A stretch of DNA of 64,000 bases, from positions 10,044,001 to 10,108,000 of the forward strand of contig CM119383.1 of assembly GCA_051294905.1 (NCBI GenBank), read 5' to 3'. The notes below the pieces were generated by a model. It worked only from the letters and a program-made list of their open reading frames with translations, had not been told where the DNA came from and made no database searches. The position numbers and the translations under genes are program-made. Below, one piece after another: positions 37,201-51,700 of the stretch (positions are counted from its first letter, which is position 1; the number at the start of each line of letters is the position of its first letter). This DNA comes from Botryllus schlosseri. Taxonomy: Eukaryota.

Positions 37201-40200
37201 TAAGAATCATACTTTACTTGAGTCCTAGATACACCTGGCCCCTAAAGTAGACATTGTTTGCCAAAGTATTGGAAAGATAGCGATAAAAATAATACTAGTC
37301 TCCTTATGCCCTACCTAGATTATGCAAATACGGAGGCTGTCAAATTAGTCATTGCTGGTACTTGAGCATAAGTGGAAGTAACCCCGTAAATTTCCACTAA
37401 ACTACACATAGAAGTAGCAATATCAAACTACGAAAAAGAGTAAGTATTCTAGGTCTAGTTTTGGTTAAAAAACTTAGACAGGAGTGTACTGCGCTCTAAA
37501 TATGATGCGGTCTCTAATTAAAGATAAAGGTGTCAATACCTTTTTGCAGCAACCATTTTCCTGAAAAAGTCACCGTATTCGATCCGCAGACCATTTACAT
37601 GAGTGTTACTTTCCACTCCGGCGTTCTCTGCGGCGTCGAGGTTACGCTTCATAACTCTGGCAAGCATCACTTTCTCGATGCAGTCGCGCAGGGAATTTCA
37701 GTTGTCGGCCGATATTATGAAGCAAGTGTGTCCTACATACCACCACGGTAGTTTACGTACGGAAAGCAGGCGTACGGCATCAGTACTTTTTTGCAAAGAG
37801 TTATGAAACGATGATGCGTGACCTCAACACCACAGAGATAATTGTAACGCTTGTGTGAATCTTTTACTTGCGGATTTAATACGGTGCTTTTTTGAGGAAA
37901 ATGGTTGGTGCCACGAAAATCTTCACACTTCAATCTTTAATTGAGACCACATCATATGTAGAGTGCAGTTCTCCTTTTAGTAGACAAAATTTCTAAGATC
38001 CTAGCTACTCGAGTGATAGTGCAAATAGGCAAAACCTATTTGAGTACAGGTACTCCGAAAAAGTAGAAGTACCCCGTTTCTGACCACCTTTGGGTTAATA
38101 TAACAGGTGAAAATAAAGAGCGACTCACGTGCTAGCTTCGGAAATGTAAATTTTGTGCAAAGCACCGGACGGGGCGCTGTAGACGTCCACGGCGCGCTTT
38201 TCCAGCAGCTCGTTGACTTCCGCGAAATACTGCTCAAAAGTCCAAATCTGATGCGGGTTACACTCCAAAATACCGGCCAGTATTGGTGTGAAGTACGTCT
38301 TGAAACCTCTGCAACGCAAAACGATATTTTGCCGCAAAGCTTATATACTGAAAGTCGGAAAGTTTGCACTGCAACGCAACACAACACGATAGTTCACAGC
38401 ACACCAAACCTTACAGTACACAACACTTACACGGAAAGCCGGCAGGTTTTCGGTAATTCCCTGCTCCAATCGATCTGGCCGTTTTCGTATTGCTGGACGC
38501 CGGATATGACGCCAGAGGGTTTTTCGGTCGTTATCCGAAACCTGAAACGTGTACAGCGTTCGTGAAGATCAAGAGAGTGCCCGATTCACACCTGCGACTA
38601 GGGCCAAACAAAATCAAGCACCTGAGCGATTGCATTCTGAATTAAGCATAGGGATGCCAATCGAACATTCCAGTATCGCTCATAACATCATAACAATATG
38701 GGTAATTCTGAATGTTCAAATATGAATCTATGATGCCGCCAAAAAGAAAATGCCAGTTCTACTACGGCCCACGTAAAGATGATTTTGCATCTCTTTGACC
38801 GCACCAATCACATGCGCTTTCTGTCGATGCAGTGGGATTCATCGCTATTTCACAGAAATGTCCACTAGGGGTGTTCAAAAATGACTTTTTTTCTCAAATC
38901 GTACTGGCTCCTTGACAAAAATTTTCGACGCCAATAACTCCGCTTCTACTGGTCGGAATTGACCCAAATTTGGTGAACACCCTTTCTATTGACATCCTAA
39001 TACTTTCATGGGGTGAACAGGAAATTTTCAATTTATTTTCAGATAATAAATAGAAACTTTCTTCTCCTGTAGCAATGCGGCTACTGGCTGGAATTGAACC
39101 AAATTTGGTGTGTAGGCTTAAACTAGGTAATCTAACAATTTTATCAAGTAGCCAGTAGAGTACGATTTGATAAACACCCCCAACATATAAAGCCTCCCAG
39201 AACATGTTTTGGATGCTGCGATAGGACCAAGCTCCCACGATGAAAGAAAGCATAGAGACTATAATTTGAAATATTCGCGTTTCTTTCAATATGAATATAT
39301 TTTATAATTAAATATTGAAGTTCGGTACCTTCCAGAGTCTCTTCAGAGACAATAACTGTCGTTAATTAAATAAACTGTGTGAAGTGTGATGCAAGTGGCA
39401 TATATTTTCAGTTCCTGAATAAAAGGTTCTCACGACTGGACTCGAATCATTACAATTATTACACAATTTGAATTGAAGTACTCAAATTGTTATGTGCATC
39501 CCTACTCGTGATAAAACCAAGATTAAGTAGACCTACATAGTTTCTTTATTGCGTCGAGCGCCCCCGTACGGGCGAAACGGCAATTGACCGGTGGCAACGT
39601 GATACAGCGTCACTCCCATGCTCCAAAGATCGACTGTAGCCGCGAACGTTTTTCCCGCCGGTTTCCTCAGCACCGCACGCTCGTATATATCCGGATGCTA
39701 CAACGAAAATGCCGTACTGCAAACGTGCGCACTCGTGTTTTCGTAATATCGATTACCAAGTACTCTTCCGTGCCGTATAGCGATACGAATTGTTCATTGT
39801 CATCAAGCTCTCTGGCTGCTCCAAAATCTGTTAATTTATAAACGGGCGAGCCGTCCGGTTCCCAAGATCTCATGATGTTTCCCGGTTTCAAATCGCGATG
39901 AACGATCCCCTTCTCCCGGAGATGGTTCATGCCCGCGCCTGAACACGGATAATTCAATAACACCTCGATTTAGTGGCTGGAATTTACCAAAGAGGTACGC
40001 AATACAATATAAGAAGAGCTTCTTGGAGGTACAGAACTTCAATATATACAATTGAATAGTATATTCATATTGCAATGAACCCGAATATTTTCGGCTGACA
40101 CTCGTCAATTTCATGCTGTTGAATTTTGGGATACGATTGTTGATACAAAATGTTCTTTCCAATTCTCTACTAGTTGTTGACGATTATCTCTGATGAATGT

Positions 40201-42250
40201 CATCCAAAAATAATATAAAAAACAATATACTATTCAAATACAATATAACAGTGTAAGCGAAATAAATGAAATGATATTAAAGCATTTCTATGTATAAAAT
40301 GCATTTTGGTCATGATTTATACTATCAGCTAACCACACAAGGTAGATGGTGAGTATCGAAATTTAAAAATATCCCACAGACATGACCGTACACATACCTG
40401 ACTAGCTGTACCTGACTAAGATCTTGCCAATACCAAAATAAAAAACATTTACTTTTTCCAGTAGAGGTGTGGAAAATAATTCACTAGTGGTAATAGTAAA
40501 ATTATACTCGTGCCTGTGAGCAATGCAAATAATATCAGCTGCGGTTCCTGTGGCGCAATGATTCCTAAATAACCAGGTGGGAATTCCATTAAGGTAATTA
40601 ATCCAATATGCATAGTAGATGATACAATCAACTCAAGGTGAGGTAATCAACATTGAAAAAAGTACAATAAAATGCACTATCGCAGTAAAATTCTTGGATA
40701 CATGGATAGTGCTGAGTGCGAGAATCTTTACTAATGAACAAAATATATCCATACTAAAATTACAAAATGAAATACGAATACAAAACTATTGTCTACAGAC
40801 AGATACCAAAAGGAATAATGTTTCACTTGTGCAAAAGTTCAAGAAAAAAAAATCTGTATACACTACTTTCACAGGAGAAAATATCACCAAATTTACCGTA
40901 TCTAAATCAAAGAAACAATACGGTATGACATTATATGATTAACATTTGCATAGAATTGGTCATGCACCTTTCAAGTCTACAGTAGAATTTACTGAGAATA
41001 GGCCTACACTGAAATGATGATACAATGGGTTTAATCTTACTTATATCTCGTAAAACAAGCTTGAAACCATCTTCGGGAAGACCGTACATATTTTCCGGGT
41101 CATCGAGCATGTTAAATAAACTCCCGGCAGTGCATAATTCCATTATAATAACACTGTTCTTGGATGTTACCTGCAAGTCATAAACAAATGAAGTACACCT
41201 TCAGAAGGGTAGGGTATGCATGGAATTCATTAATATTGCAGAGACTCATATTATGCAGAGGGCCCAGGCAAAATACCAATAATGTCAAGCAAGGCTCTGG
41301 CACTTGTTCGTAAACAACGACAACAATTCTATGATGCACTTTCCATGACCATTTGTCATCAGTTGCTATGAGATACCTGGGTGTCCTGCCGCTTGCACAA
41401 TACGAAACTCAACCTCATCACATCCATGATTAAGATTCATAGGTAGGCCTAAAGCAGTATCAGTAATGTATTTAACTCAGAAACAATTATATTGGTGCTT
41501 ATGCAAAGCCAGATTTATTCAAGGCAGAGAAGTATGAATTTTTATCAAATGGTCTCATCAATAAATCAGCTGTTAAAAAGCATTGGTCACTATCCTTAAC
41601 TAGGCCTACTACTGGTAACTATAGTTCAATATGATACTTTCTATACGAATTTGATGGAAAACATGATAATTAGGCTTTACAACTTGCCCATTAAGGAGCT
41701 AAAAGTTTGCTTTTAGCGTATGTCATAGGTGTTAGACTATGAGAACTGGCGTAATATTGGCATTTCATTTCAGAGGCTGAAATTGAATTTTAAAAACTGA
41801 AAACCACTACACTATTCAATCAGTGCTTTACTCGTATTCTAGTGGAGTATGCAGCTATACCTGTGCTCACAGGCCAGCCCTATAGTTTGAGTACATGGCT
41901 ACATGCTAGCCCGAGTGAGTATGCTATCTTCATGTATGATTTTTAAGTCCAGATACCATACCTCTTCTTCGACGGAATAAAGTCGTACAATGTTTCTGTG
42001 GCTAACTTTCTTCAAAACGTCGAATTCTCTTGTCCTTATTTCGGCGGGACGTGCCATATAATTGAACGAGTTGAAGACTTTGATGGCGTATTCATCGCCA
42101 TTTCTCTGAAGATACAAGTCATACACCATTATTTAAATTGGGAAAATAGTTCATATCTCTTACTCGATGTCTTCCTTTGTACACCGAACCTGTGGCCCCT
42201 TGACCAAGAACATCATTGGTCGACCAGACGTAGTTGGGTGTTTGTCTCAT
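31258..42250 (-). CDS. TBK1: TBK1/IKKepsilon-family serine/threonine kinase (kinase, ubiquitin-like, scaffold/dimerisation and C-terminal coiled-coil domains)
   Basis: 16 exons: 42250-42164, 42105-41962, 41170-41041, 39938-39757, 39697-39537, 38541-38431, 38308-38129, 36582-36383, 34788-34632, 34189-34112, 33854-33734, 33166-32971, 32821-32680, 32614-32453, 32092-31916, 31357-31258. Phases are consistent; 2328 nt, 775 aa. Motifs: [68 protein letters not shown]. Probably the unduplicated pro-orthologue of TBK1 and IKBKE. Confidence 0.95.
37449..38004. mobile_element. Foldback MITE with imperfect inverted arms of about 210 bp, in TBK1 intron 7
   Basis: 37450-37660 is the diverged reverse complement of 37790-38004. 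The ORF track shows the same pseudo-peptides (NHFP..LCGVEVT) on opposite strands. Confidence 0.8.
38868..39181. mobile_element. Small MITE or Helentron-like non-autonomous element
   Basis: Ends GGGGTGTTCAAA and TTGATAAACACCCC; internal duplication GGAATTGA(C/A)CCAAATTTGGTG near 38955 and 39090. Confidence 0.45.
40013..40250. repeat. Copy of a dispersed repeat family of about 290 bp (GAAGAGCTTC..CAGAACTTCAATAT); this copy is internally inverted
   Basis: Other copies at 13230-13500 (-), about 39300-39350 (-), 47995-48150 (+) and 50834-51120 (+). Confidence 0.75.
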
Positions 42251-43906
42251 TGACTGGCCTAAGCCACGGTTCATAATAAGATTGACTATAGAGTCAACAG
42301 TCTTTACCGCCCTGAGCTGCAACTAACACGACGCACATTCGTCGAATGCGCCGTTAGGTTCTCATTATACCCTAGTCTCTCTGCGTCGATATAGTGAAGT
42401 GATAGTTATAAATGTATATAATTCATATAAAGATCAAGCCAGACAGATATGGTACCTCACCTACAAGCTTTCTGCCCATGAAACCAAAAACCAAACAGTT
42501 CCTGAAATTGCAGAAACGAACAGGCCTCCGTCGCTTGTCGCTTCTAAATATATGAGCTCACTCGTATACGAAGTCTTGCTCTATGGTCGAGATTTGCGTC
42601 ATAGACCGTGCGAGTAAATATAGGAAAAGTCGAAACCGAGTTCACCGTTTCACGTAGATTAGACATAACACAACTCTGTAAAATCACATAGCATTACCGA
42701 GAAACTGTCACAGAGAGAAAGCAAGTTATGGTCTATATCTAACTGCATTATTTTGAGGACAATTATTACATGCGCTCAGTCAGGTAGTAGTACTTGCTAG
42801 CTATTCGATGGACCAGACATCTTATTTTCGGGTCATCGTGAGTCAACCACTACTGACTTGCGTGGTTATCATAGACACGTCGTCCCAGGTACAATGTATT
42901 ACGAATGCAGCAAAATATCGAAAGCTAGGGTTCAAATGTAACCTATTGGCCGCCCCGCGTCGGTCGCGTCAATCTCTACTTACTAACTCGACAATACCTG
43001 CTGAGCTACTAAACTTTGCCGTACGCGTGAATAATGCTAAAATGGAACGATTACGGCATAATCCGAATTGCCACAATCACCCCGATTTCAGTACAAGCGC
43101 CGCCGACAGCAGCTTCGCCTAGTTATATTCTGAAACAGACACTCTTCACGCCACAATCAGGAAAATTTATAATCGCGCTACCCGTGACCTCCCGTACACA
43201 ATACTCTCGACATATAAACGCGGATAGGATGGATTTCAGCTTCCGTCAGTTTAGCAGTAGCCTAGTACTGAATTCCGGATCGGCGCTGATTTGCATTCTG
43301 TATCAGGTTGATCTTACAACCGCATACGGACTCCCACGTAAGATTATCAGATCCAGGACTTGACACCATGAGACTACCAAGTCTCCAATCCATGCGTTCT
43401 CAGAAAAGAAATGGGAACAGCACACGTCAACTATGTAGCTATGCTTCTTCCTACAAAGTCGGCAACATCGTGGATTTTATTTTAATCGCAAACAGACAAA
43501 AAACGCAATTAAATATTGCTAACAAAATATAGCTACAAACATACAGAAAAATATAGACGTGCATGCACGGGTGTAGCAAGTATGAAAATGGAGGTGGGGC
43601 GATATACAATTAACGTGGCGTCACGAGTTTCTGTTGTAACGCAGTGAAAACGAATGTCATAATGCCCAGATTTGAAGGGGGCATTCGCCCCTGGTTATGC
43701 AACGCAGTCATCGGCAAAAGCACACAAATAAGACAGCAACACGCGTCGCATCTATCACACAACTACAAATCTTACACGACAGCAGATAACATTAAAAAAA
43801 CATACCGAACAGAGCAACGATAAAATGTGAAGTAATAGGAAAGGAAGGGAAAAAAACGTGAAGCATCGACATAAGAACCCTGCAATTGCACTCGATTCGT
43901 AATAGG

Positions 43907-44153
43907 CAGAGGTGGTCAGTACCAGACAAAGTCAACTGTTTCCAACTACTGAAGAAAGATTTGTCTGCCTGCACTGCTGACTCGAGTGTATATGATTTTA
44001 CACTTTTTTTACTTCTACTCAAATGATTTTCGTAGTTTTAGGCAAAGTGGATCCAGAATACTTTTTACTATTTGGAAAATGTTACTTGTACTCGAGTAGA
44101 AATTTACCATTGATATACCCGAGTAGCAACGTTGAATACATTGACCACCTCCC
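43907..44153. mobile_element. AGTA-rich hAT-like MITE
   Basis: Ends CAGAGGTGGTCA and TGACCACCTC; internal TACTCGAGTA/TTTTACT motifs. Related copies at about 24100-24250, 46020-46200, 48688-48892 and 63467-63910. Confidence 0.55.
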
Positions 44154-44272
44154 ACAATACGTAGAGCTGGGCAAAATCGAGTACTCAAGTGAATCGATTC
44201 AGAATCGGGTATCAGATTTTGAGTCGAGTATCACTCGTGACGACATCACAATAGTATGATGGGGGGAAGTTC

Positions 44273-44743
44273 CAGGGTTGTAACCAAGTCACAAGCCAAT
44301 CTCACTTTCATAGTTTTGACTCGAGTCAATTCAGCACCGACTACAGGTAGAGGGTCGAACCCGAGTTGTAGTATTGCGACTCGAGTCCGAGTCATTTCGG
44401 TCACCATTTAGTTTTTAGTTCAATCTGGTTCAACTTATTTAAACTCTTCTTGGGGGATATCGAATGGCTCGCATTCATAATTTCTTGACTTTCCTCAGTC
44501 CTAACAGTTTCTGGCCCTATTTTCCAAGTATCAGGACAAAATACCAATAAGGTGGTGACTTTACTATTCTTCGAAGTTACAATGAAATGTCTCGTCTTGG
44601 CCGTCCTAGTCTTGAGTCATATGACTTGGTTCGAGCCATGCACAATGACTCAAGTAAAAGTCGAGCCAATTCTAGCGTTTGAAAAACTGACTCCAGTCAT
44701 GTCGAGTCACCAAAAAATGGTGACTCAAGCCATTACAAGCCTG
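44273..44743. mobile_element. GACTCGAGTC-family MITE, opposite orientation to the copy at 22328
   Basis: TIRs CAGGGTTGTAA and TTACAAGCCTG; internal sequence is the diverged reverse complement of 22328-22912; TSD degenerate. Confidence 0.8.
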
Positions 44744-44931
44744 GAAAGTATAAAATTAAAGATTGTGTATTACCTATTTCATTAAACCTTGTGACAATGC
44801 TATGAGTTGCTCACGACTTCGCAGATATGTCATTAGCACTCCCATGCGTAGCTCTGTATTACTTGTTTTCAATGCCGTGATACGACCAATTGAGTTTTAC
44901 AGCCTTCCACTGAGAAAAATGGTATCCAAAC

Positions 44932-45523
44932 CAGTGGTTCTCAACCGCCAGTCTGCCAGATTTACTAGAAATTTACATCCCAATTCCAAAATGCCAAGAA
45001 GTTGGATGCTTGTCCATTGATTAGAGAAATAAACATCACATTTTGAATTTACTGAGAAGTGTGGAACAAATTTTTAGCATGGCGTCGCAATAGAGTTCAT
45101 GGTCTACTTCAGGCGTACGTCACACTGGCAAAAACGTTACAAGAAATTGTCAAAAAGTAGCCTACAACTCGTTTCGGACGGCTTATATGTGAAAGCTACG
45201 TAGACTTTTAACAAACTGCAATTAAGAAACTACAGGCAGTATAATAGAGCCTATAGCAAATTCACATTTCTTCCGAAGGACATCGAACAATCATATTCAA
45301 GTTAATGGTCTTTAACAGGACTTCACGAGCTTCGCCTTGCAGGAACTTCAATAGAACCACGTATCTAGTATCATTGTGGCATCGTTAAACGGAGTCGTCA
45401 ATATTACATTCATGTTGCCGTAATCAATTTAGGGTGAATTTTAGTTCTTGAAGGTGAGCCGGTTCGCAAGATTTGTTTTGGAAGTTTTACTGGTCCGTGA
45501 GGTCAAAAAGTTGAGAACCAGTG
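44932..45523. mobile_element. hAT (Buster/Charlie-type) MITE
   Basis: TIRs CAGTGGTTCTCAAC and GTTGAGAACCAGTG; TSD ATCCAAAC/ATCTAAAC. Confidence 0.8.
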
Positions 45524-45702
45524 ATCTAAACTATAATTCTCATTGGTGGCAAGGAGCGTATGAGTCCAATACTCGAAAAAATAATCTCCACTCGCATCAT
45601 TAGAATGAATACTCAAATCAATATGCCCTGCCCAGCCCTGGTAATAGACCCGGATTTTCACATGATTCGAACTCTACAAACATTGACAAGTCAAGACCCG
45701 CG

Positions 45703-48700
45703 TCACATGATATCCGCATCACTAACGGCGGGAACAACTTCGCCGTCGGCATTTTCGAAAACATAAACCTTCGCTGGACTCTCGTCTTCATCGAGAATTA
45801 ACGTTTCCCGGCTGGTGGCGTCGTCGCCGCTGTTGTTCTCGGCGTCGGCGCCGTTGTACTCGCCCGTTTCCATTTTGAGAATGTACGGGATGATCGAGTC
45901 TATACGCACGTTGCCGATGAGCCCGGCGAAGAAAAGCTCTTCCGTGATGCCACCATCCATGGCGCTGAACGCAGGCAGCTTCAACAGCAGAGAGTGTAAC
46001 CTGAATGGTCAAGTAAACGAGGCTTTTCTACGTTTTCAAGTACTAAAGTAGGTTATGAGTACTTGTACTAACCAATCTTTGTTCTAAACTACTTCCACTT
46101 CAGTGACAAAGCACTAGTGCTACTTATCCAAGTGGTCATTTTCTTAGACTATTTTCACTTCTAATCTTTTCCTAGATTCTGTGACTAACAAGAACATTGA
46201 CTGCATATTAGAACACAATAGCCTTGTTTTCTTCACATATTATTACTTTGTTTATTTTGCTACATCCCCGAAAGTTACTCATTGTTAGTTTTGTTTCGAT
46301 CCTAATGCTTCAATGTCAGTGCAACTATCTGGATAATAAGGATTTAGTCTATATCGTGTCGCAGCACCAAATTTTAAACTTGGTAATAAACTTCTCTCTC
46401 TCTCTCCTTAAAAATTTTACTCTCCATTTCATTATCGTCGTGTCGGTTTCGGGTTATAACTAAATTTATTACAGTCGATCCCATATGAAAACTAATCATA
46501 ATACACGGTGCAGTTAACTGCCAGTGGCCTACCAACAGCCCCAACTAGTACCTGTCCTCATCTTCGGGATGGATCTTCTCTTCAAATTCCCGAAATTCAG
46601 CGAGGCACCTCATCTGAAACTTGCGAACCTGCTCTTTCCTGTTCCCCCGTACGTTATCTGCGCGCACACATAACGATCAGCACGATACCGTCAAATGGGC
46701 AACACAATACAATCCAAACCAGGGTTGAAGAGCAGCATCGTCTTGACAAAGGCAAACTCCCTTTCGTCGAGTTCCATCGCTTTTAGGTCCGCGACCAGTT
46801 CCCGCGTTCGGATGATCTGATGGATGACTTGTCCCACGCGCTCTTTCGTTAGCTTATCTGGAGTTGATACGATCGCTGTTAGACATGGCATCGCTGCGTG
46901 TCTACTGTCCGTCATGCGGCTGTGAGTTTCGTGCTGCGGTTGCCAGGTGACCAATTCATCGCATGACCAGAAGCCAGAGGCGGTGAGGAACTGAGTGCTT
47001 CTAATTTTTCTGTGAGCTTACAGGCCGTTATATATTTTTGTCCTTCATGTTTTTGCAGCACATAGACCCACTCATGATATACATACACACGATCTGTACA
47101 TATGCATACCATGAGTGCATGATGTGCATAAGCCGCTGGACAAGGTAGGTATAGATTTAGCCTTGTGAGGCTTTTCAATTGCTGTACCAACCCGCCATGT
47201 TATCCCGCAAATGCTGAGCGTCAAGCGGGGACGCCACAGGTACCAGTTTTAATGATGAAGTCACAAACATACCCTAAACTACTATCTAGTTTAGAAAATA
47301 CATGTATGCAGCGTTAGTGGAAATCTCTAAAAGACAGCAGCAGTAAAAGTAGTAAAAAGACAAAACCACTTAATTACTCCAAATAAGTAGAAGTACTTCG
47401 ACATTGAAAACATTCTTTCGTTCAATTCATCCTGCCGAATACAGTAAACGCAATTACTTTGCTTCAATCCCTCGTTGAGATGTTGCGTTATCGTTGCGAG
47501 GATAGAGTCGAGCTTCATCTGCTCGCTGCATTGCGTCAGACCGCACGTGAACAGCTGATTCCAACAGGCCCGCAGCAGCGCCGTGTGGCAGTCGTTTCTG
47601 CGAGACACGCATCGATCGTTACTCATAGACACGCATAGATGGTCAGCATTGCTAATCGTACAAAAGTTAATTTATGCGTAATTAGAAGCAGAAGTAGGAA
47701 TCTCAAAGGTATGTCAAATTGATTCAAGTGGAACTAGAAAATGGACATCTGAAAGAACTCAAGTCATTACAAAAAAATGCTACATACTACGGGACAGAGC
47801 CCGTGAAATTAACGATTTCCACGTACCCCAACACCTGAAAAGCGAATATGTTACGCGCCCACTGCGCCGATAAGAAAAGCAACCGGGACGCGGACTCGCA
47901 GATGTACTGCACGTTGAAGTGGTCGGGCACAGGCGTCGGCATTGTGAGTTTGAAATCGCAGTCTACGTCCGACATCAGAGGGCCCTGAACAAATTCGAAG
48001 ACGCTCTACAAGGTACAGAACTTCAATATGCTATTGAATAACATATTCATGTTGAAATAAACCCGAACATTTTCGGCTATTACTCGTCACAGCTAATCAG
48101 CAACTAGTAGAAAACTGATGGGAACATTGCATATAAACATTACCAAATTGAAAATCAACACTCAACTCGAGTTCGAATGGAATCATTGTATCCAGCTCCA
48201 TTCGCAACGCAAAAGACATTCCTAAGATTGCCGGCACTCACTTGGAGATCAATAATAGGTTCATTGTCGTCATTTTCTGCCGTGAAATCGACGACGGGGA
48301 ATTTTTGCGCGGACGCCGGTAACGAGTTGTAAGTCTTGACCAATTCCGTCAAAGCCCTGAAGAGAGAACAATCAAGACAGATTCCGAAACGTAGACAAGG
48401 CGAAACACACACCGGTCCACGTCCATGTCTTTATCGACGTTGTCGGGGTCGCAGCTTTTAATCGTGTCGTGCAAGGAGGATTGCGGTTTCTTCAGGGTTG
48501 CTATCGTCGATACGACGTTGGCCAGCGTGCTCAGGCTGCCTTGCCCCTCGTTTGTCTTGAAGAAAGGGACCGTTACCAAAGTACAATAAATTCGCGGCGA
48601 GAATCACACCTTTTCTAAACACACTAAATGACTCTGAGCTACAGTCGTACATGGTCAAAGATGATAGTGGTAAATAGACGGTAACGACAGAGGTGATCAG

Positions 48701-51700
48701 AAACAAAGAACTTCTTTTTGCATTGCTCAAGTGCGTTTTGCCTACTTGCACCGTTTATTCAAGTGGTGATGATTCCAGACTACTTTTACTTGAGCAAAAC
48801 TAGGCCTAAACACTTACTTTTTACCTACTCAGAAATCACTAATTCTACTTGTAGTCGAGCAGAAATTTATGTTATTTCTACTTGACCAGCTGGCGCCGAC
48901 GAGGTTTTCCGAAAAATTTTGCTTCAATTTTCAAAACTGTAAAACACCACCTCAATGGGATGCGAAACCAGCAAGTAATATATCGTTGGATTGGATTCAT
49001 AATTTCAACGCATAACCAACTACGCCACGAAGCTAGACGAGAGCAGGGCAACCGAGCGTGTATATAATCAAGAAGACGAGATAACCTTGTTGTAAAAATG
49101 TACATGCTTTGGTTGCTTCCTTATCGAGTCCACAACGTATACCTAGTGCGAATAAGTACATGCTATTCCTGGCGACAGAGTTATCTTCTTTCAAACAAGC
49201 CACGAGTGACAGCTTTTGCTCAACTAATTCAATCGATAATATCAATACATGGTAGAACGTTTCACCATAAATACACAGAGGGAAAACCTGAAATTCTGAA
49301 TCCAATGATATATTACTTGTTGGTTTCGCATCCCATTTAGGTTGTGTTTTACAGTTTTGAAAACTTTATCGCATACTATATCACACGATACAGTGATCAC
49401 CAGCGAACTTGGCACTTGGAGAATTTGGTTTAAGAAATCTATTAAAGATTTCATGATTATTATATTACTATTCTCGGAAGGGAAAGTTTTACGTGCCGTG
49501 GTAGACCACATAGTGTGATAGCCTGATATCGAACTCTCCACCAAGTACGCACCCGGATCAAACTTTACGTGATTTGAGGATGTGTGCAAAGTTATGAGGA
49601 GTACGTTACGTCAAGACTGCATAATATCCTCTCAACTGACTAGCTCCAATACGATGCCGGCAAATCGTTACAACCACACACCCCATTTAGAATTACAGGT
49701 CATGCATATCAATATGTACGTCAATACATAATAGTTACCGATAGTCTCGGAAATTTCCGCATGAACACCCGAGAGTCATCCTCGTCCGAGAATTCCGTCT
49801 GACGAACGATTGGCGATCTCTCGCATTGCACGCCTGGCAACGATTACCGTCGAATTTCAATCGAAAGCAATCAAACCCGGCCAGACTTACTTTCCGCTTT
49901 CATTCCCGCCTGAAGACATTTCTGCAGTCGGCAGTACTGGCACCTGTTCCGGTGCGCCTTTGATATTGTGCAGCTGCGCGTGCCGCGGCAATTGTATTGT
50001 AGATTTTTTCGTATGCTCCTCTTGAAGAAGCCTTTGCATCCTTCGCAGCTTTTCGCGCCGTAGTGCCTGCCTGGATAGGGAGAGCGCGATGTCGGTCACA
50101 CTTGAAAGGGGAGATTAGCACAAACTTGGCCAGATTTGGATTTACTATTTCTGGATTTGCTTTGGACATGAAATTTGGACTTCAGAAGTCCAAATTTCAG
50201 CCATTATCAAATGTGGACTAGGGTGCGAGACAAAATTGATTCTAGATATGGATCTCAAATACTAAAGTCATGGAAGTTGAAGTAGATGTTATAAACAGGC
50301 CATTATCGTATGACTGACTCGATAATTTTTTTGGTGACTACAAGGACTTGAGTTTTCTAATTCAAATTCATTGAATGAAGCCAAATGAACGTTGGAAAAT
50401 AACATAAATCAAGTTAATGACTCACTTCAAAAGTATAAAACATCTCGTCTCGATTTAAAAACAGATCACAAATTTGTTCTCCACACAGTATGACTCGTGA
50501 TCACTGGAAAAACGCATTACCTGATGCTTTGTCCCCGCACACGACGCAGACATCTTTGCCTCCCGACGGGCTCTCTGATTTTTGTGCGTCGTGACCGTCT
50601 TGTAACCAAGTTGGCGCGCGGAATAGGTTCTGAGGCTCCACGGAAATTTGTATCGTGCTCTGGTCGCCTCCGACTTGAGACCCGGCAAGGGAGCCAGTTG
50701 ATATCTGAATTTGAGATAGCTGGTCAACGGGTCCAGTAGTCACTAACACTTGTGGATTAAATCCACTTCAACAGATTTTGAAGTGAAAGAAAAATACTTA
50801 CAGCAGATGATTTTGTCCAACAGAAATTTAATCGAAGAGCTTCTTAGAGGCACAGAACTTCAATATAATATTGAATATTATAGGCTATACATATTGAAAT
50901 GAGCCAGAATATTTTTGGCTGAAACTCGTCAGGGGTAGTCGCCAGCAACTATTAGAGAATTGGAAAGAACATTGTATATCAACAATTGTATCACAAAATA
51001 TGACGTTACCTACTCACCAGCATGAAATTTTGAATAGGAGAGCGCTCAATGTACAATTTTTAGAATATACTATTCAATTATACATAGAAATTCAATCGAA
51101 AATTCATTTACACTATTTCTAGTAGTGATCCCGGCCAACTGTTACATAATCGCGAAATATAGTTCAGAAATTGCACTTGTTTGTGGCAGCATTGGTCAAG
51201 AAATCATGTGCTGATAACAAAGCACACTAAAGACGAATAAAATCCCTCACTATGTTTCACTGCTTCACACTTCCTCAACGGGCTACTTTTGATTATTCTC
51301 AAACACAGAAGCACAGCAAGACATAGTTCTTCCCAGGTAATTGGGACAAGGACTAATAGCCTACTACTCAAATAGATAGTTAGAGTTCTAATCCGCCAAC
51401 AAACAACTGTGACCAATACACTTGAGTAACTTGTAAGTACATACATGATTCCACCGCTTTATAACAAAGTTGCAAAGGTACTTTGACAAGAAATGTCGAA
51501 AGTATAAACAATTACCGCAACAGCAGTGCGATCACAGTCACACAAGCCAAGCAGTACAGACCTGGATGAGACCCTTGCTCTGGAGTTCCAGCAGTTTTCC
51601 AGGAGTTAACTGCTCTATCGTAAGAACATTGTTTTGATGAGGATTACCAGACGCTGAAAACGGAAGGAAAACAGATTTTTTTTGTCAATCACCGGGATAA

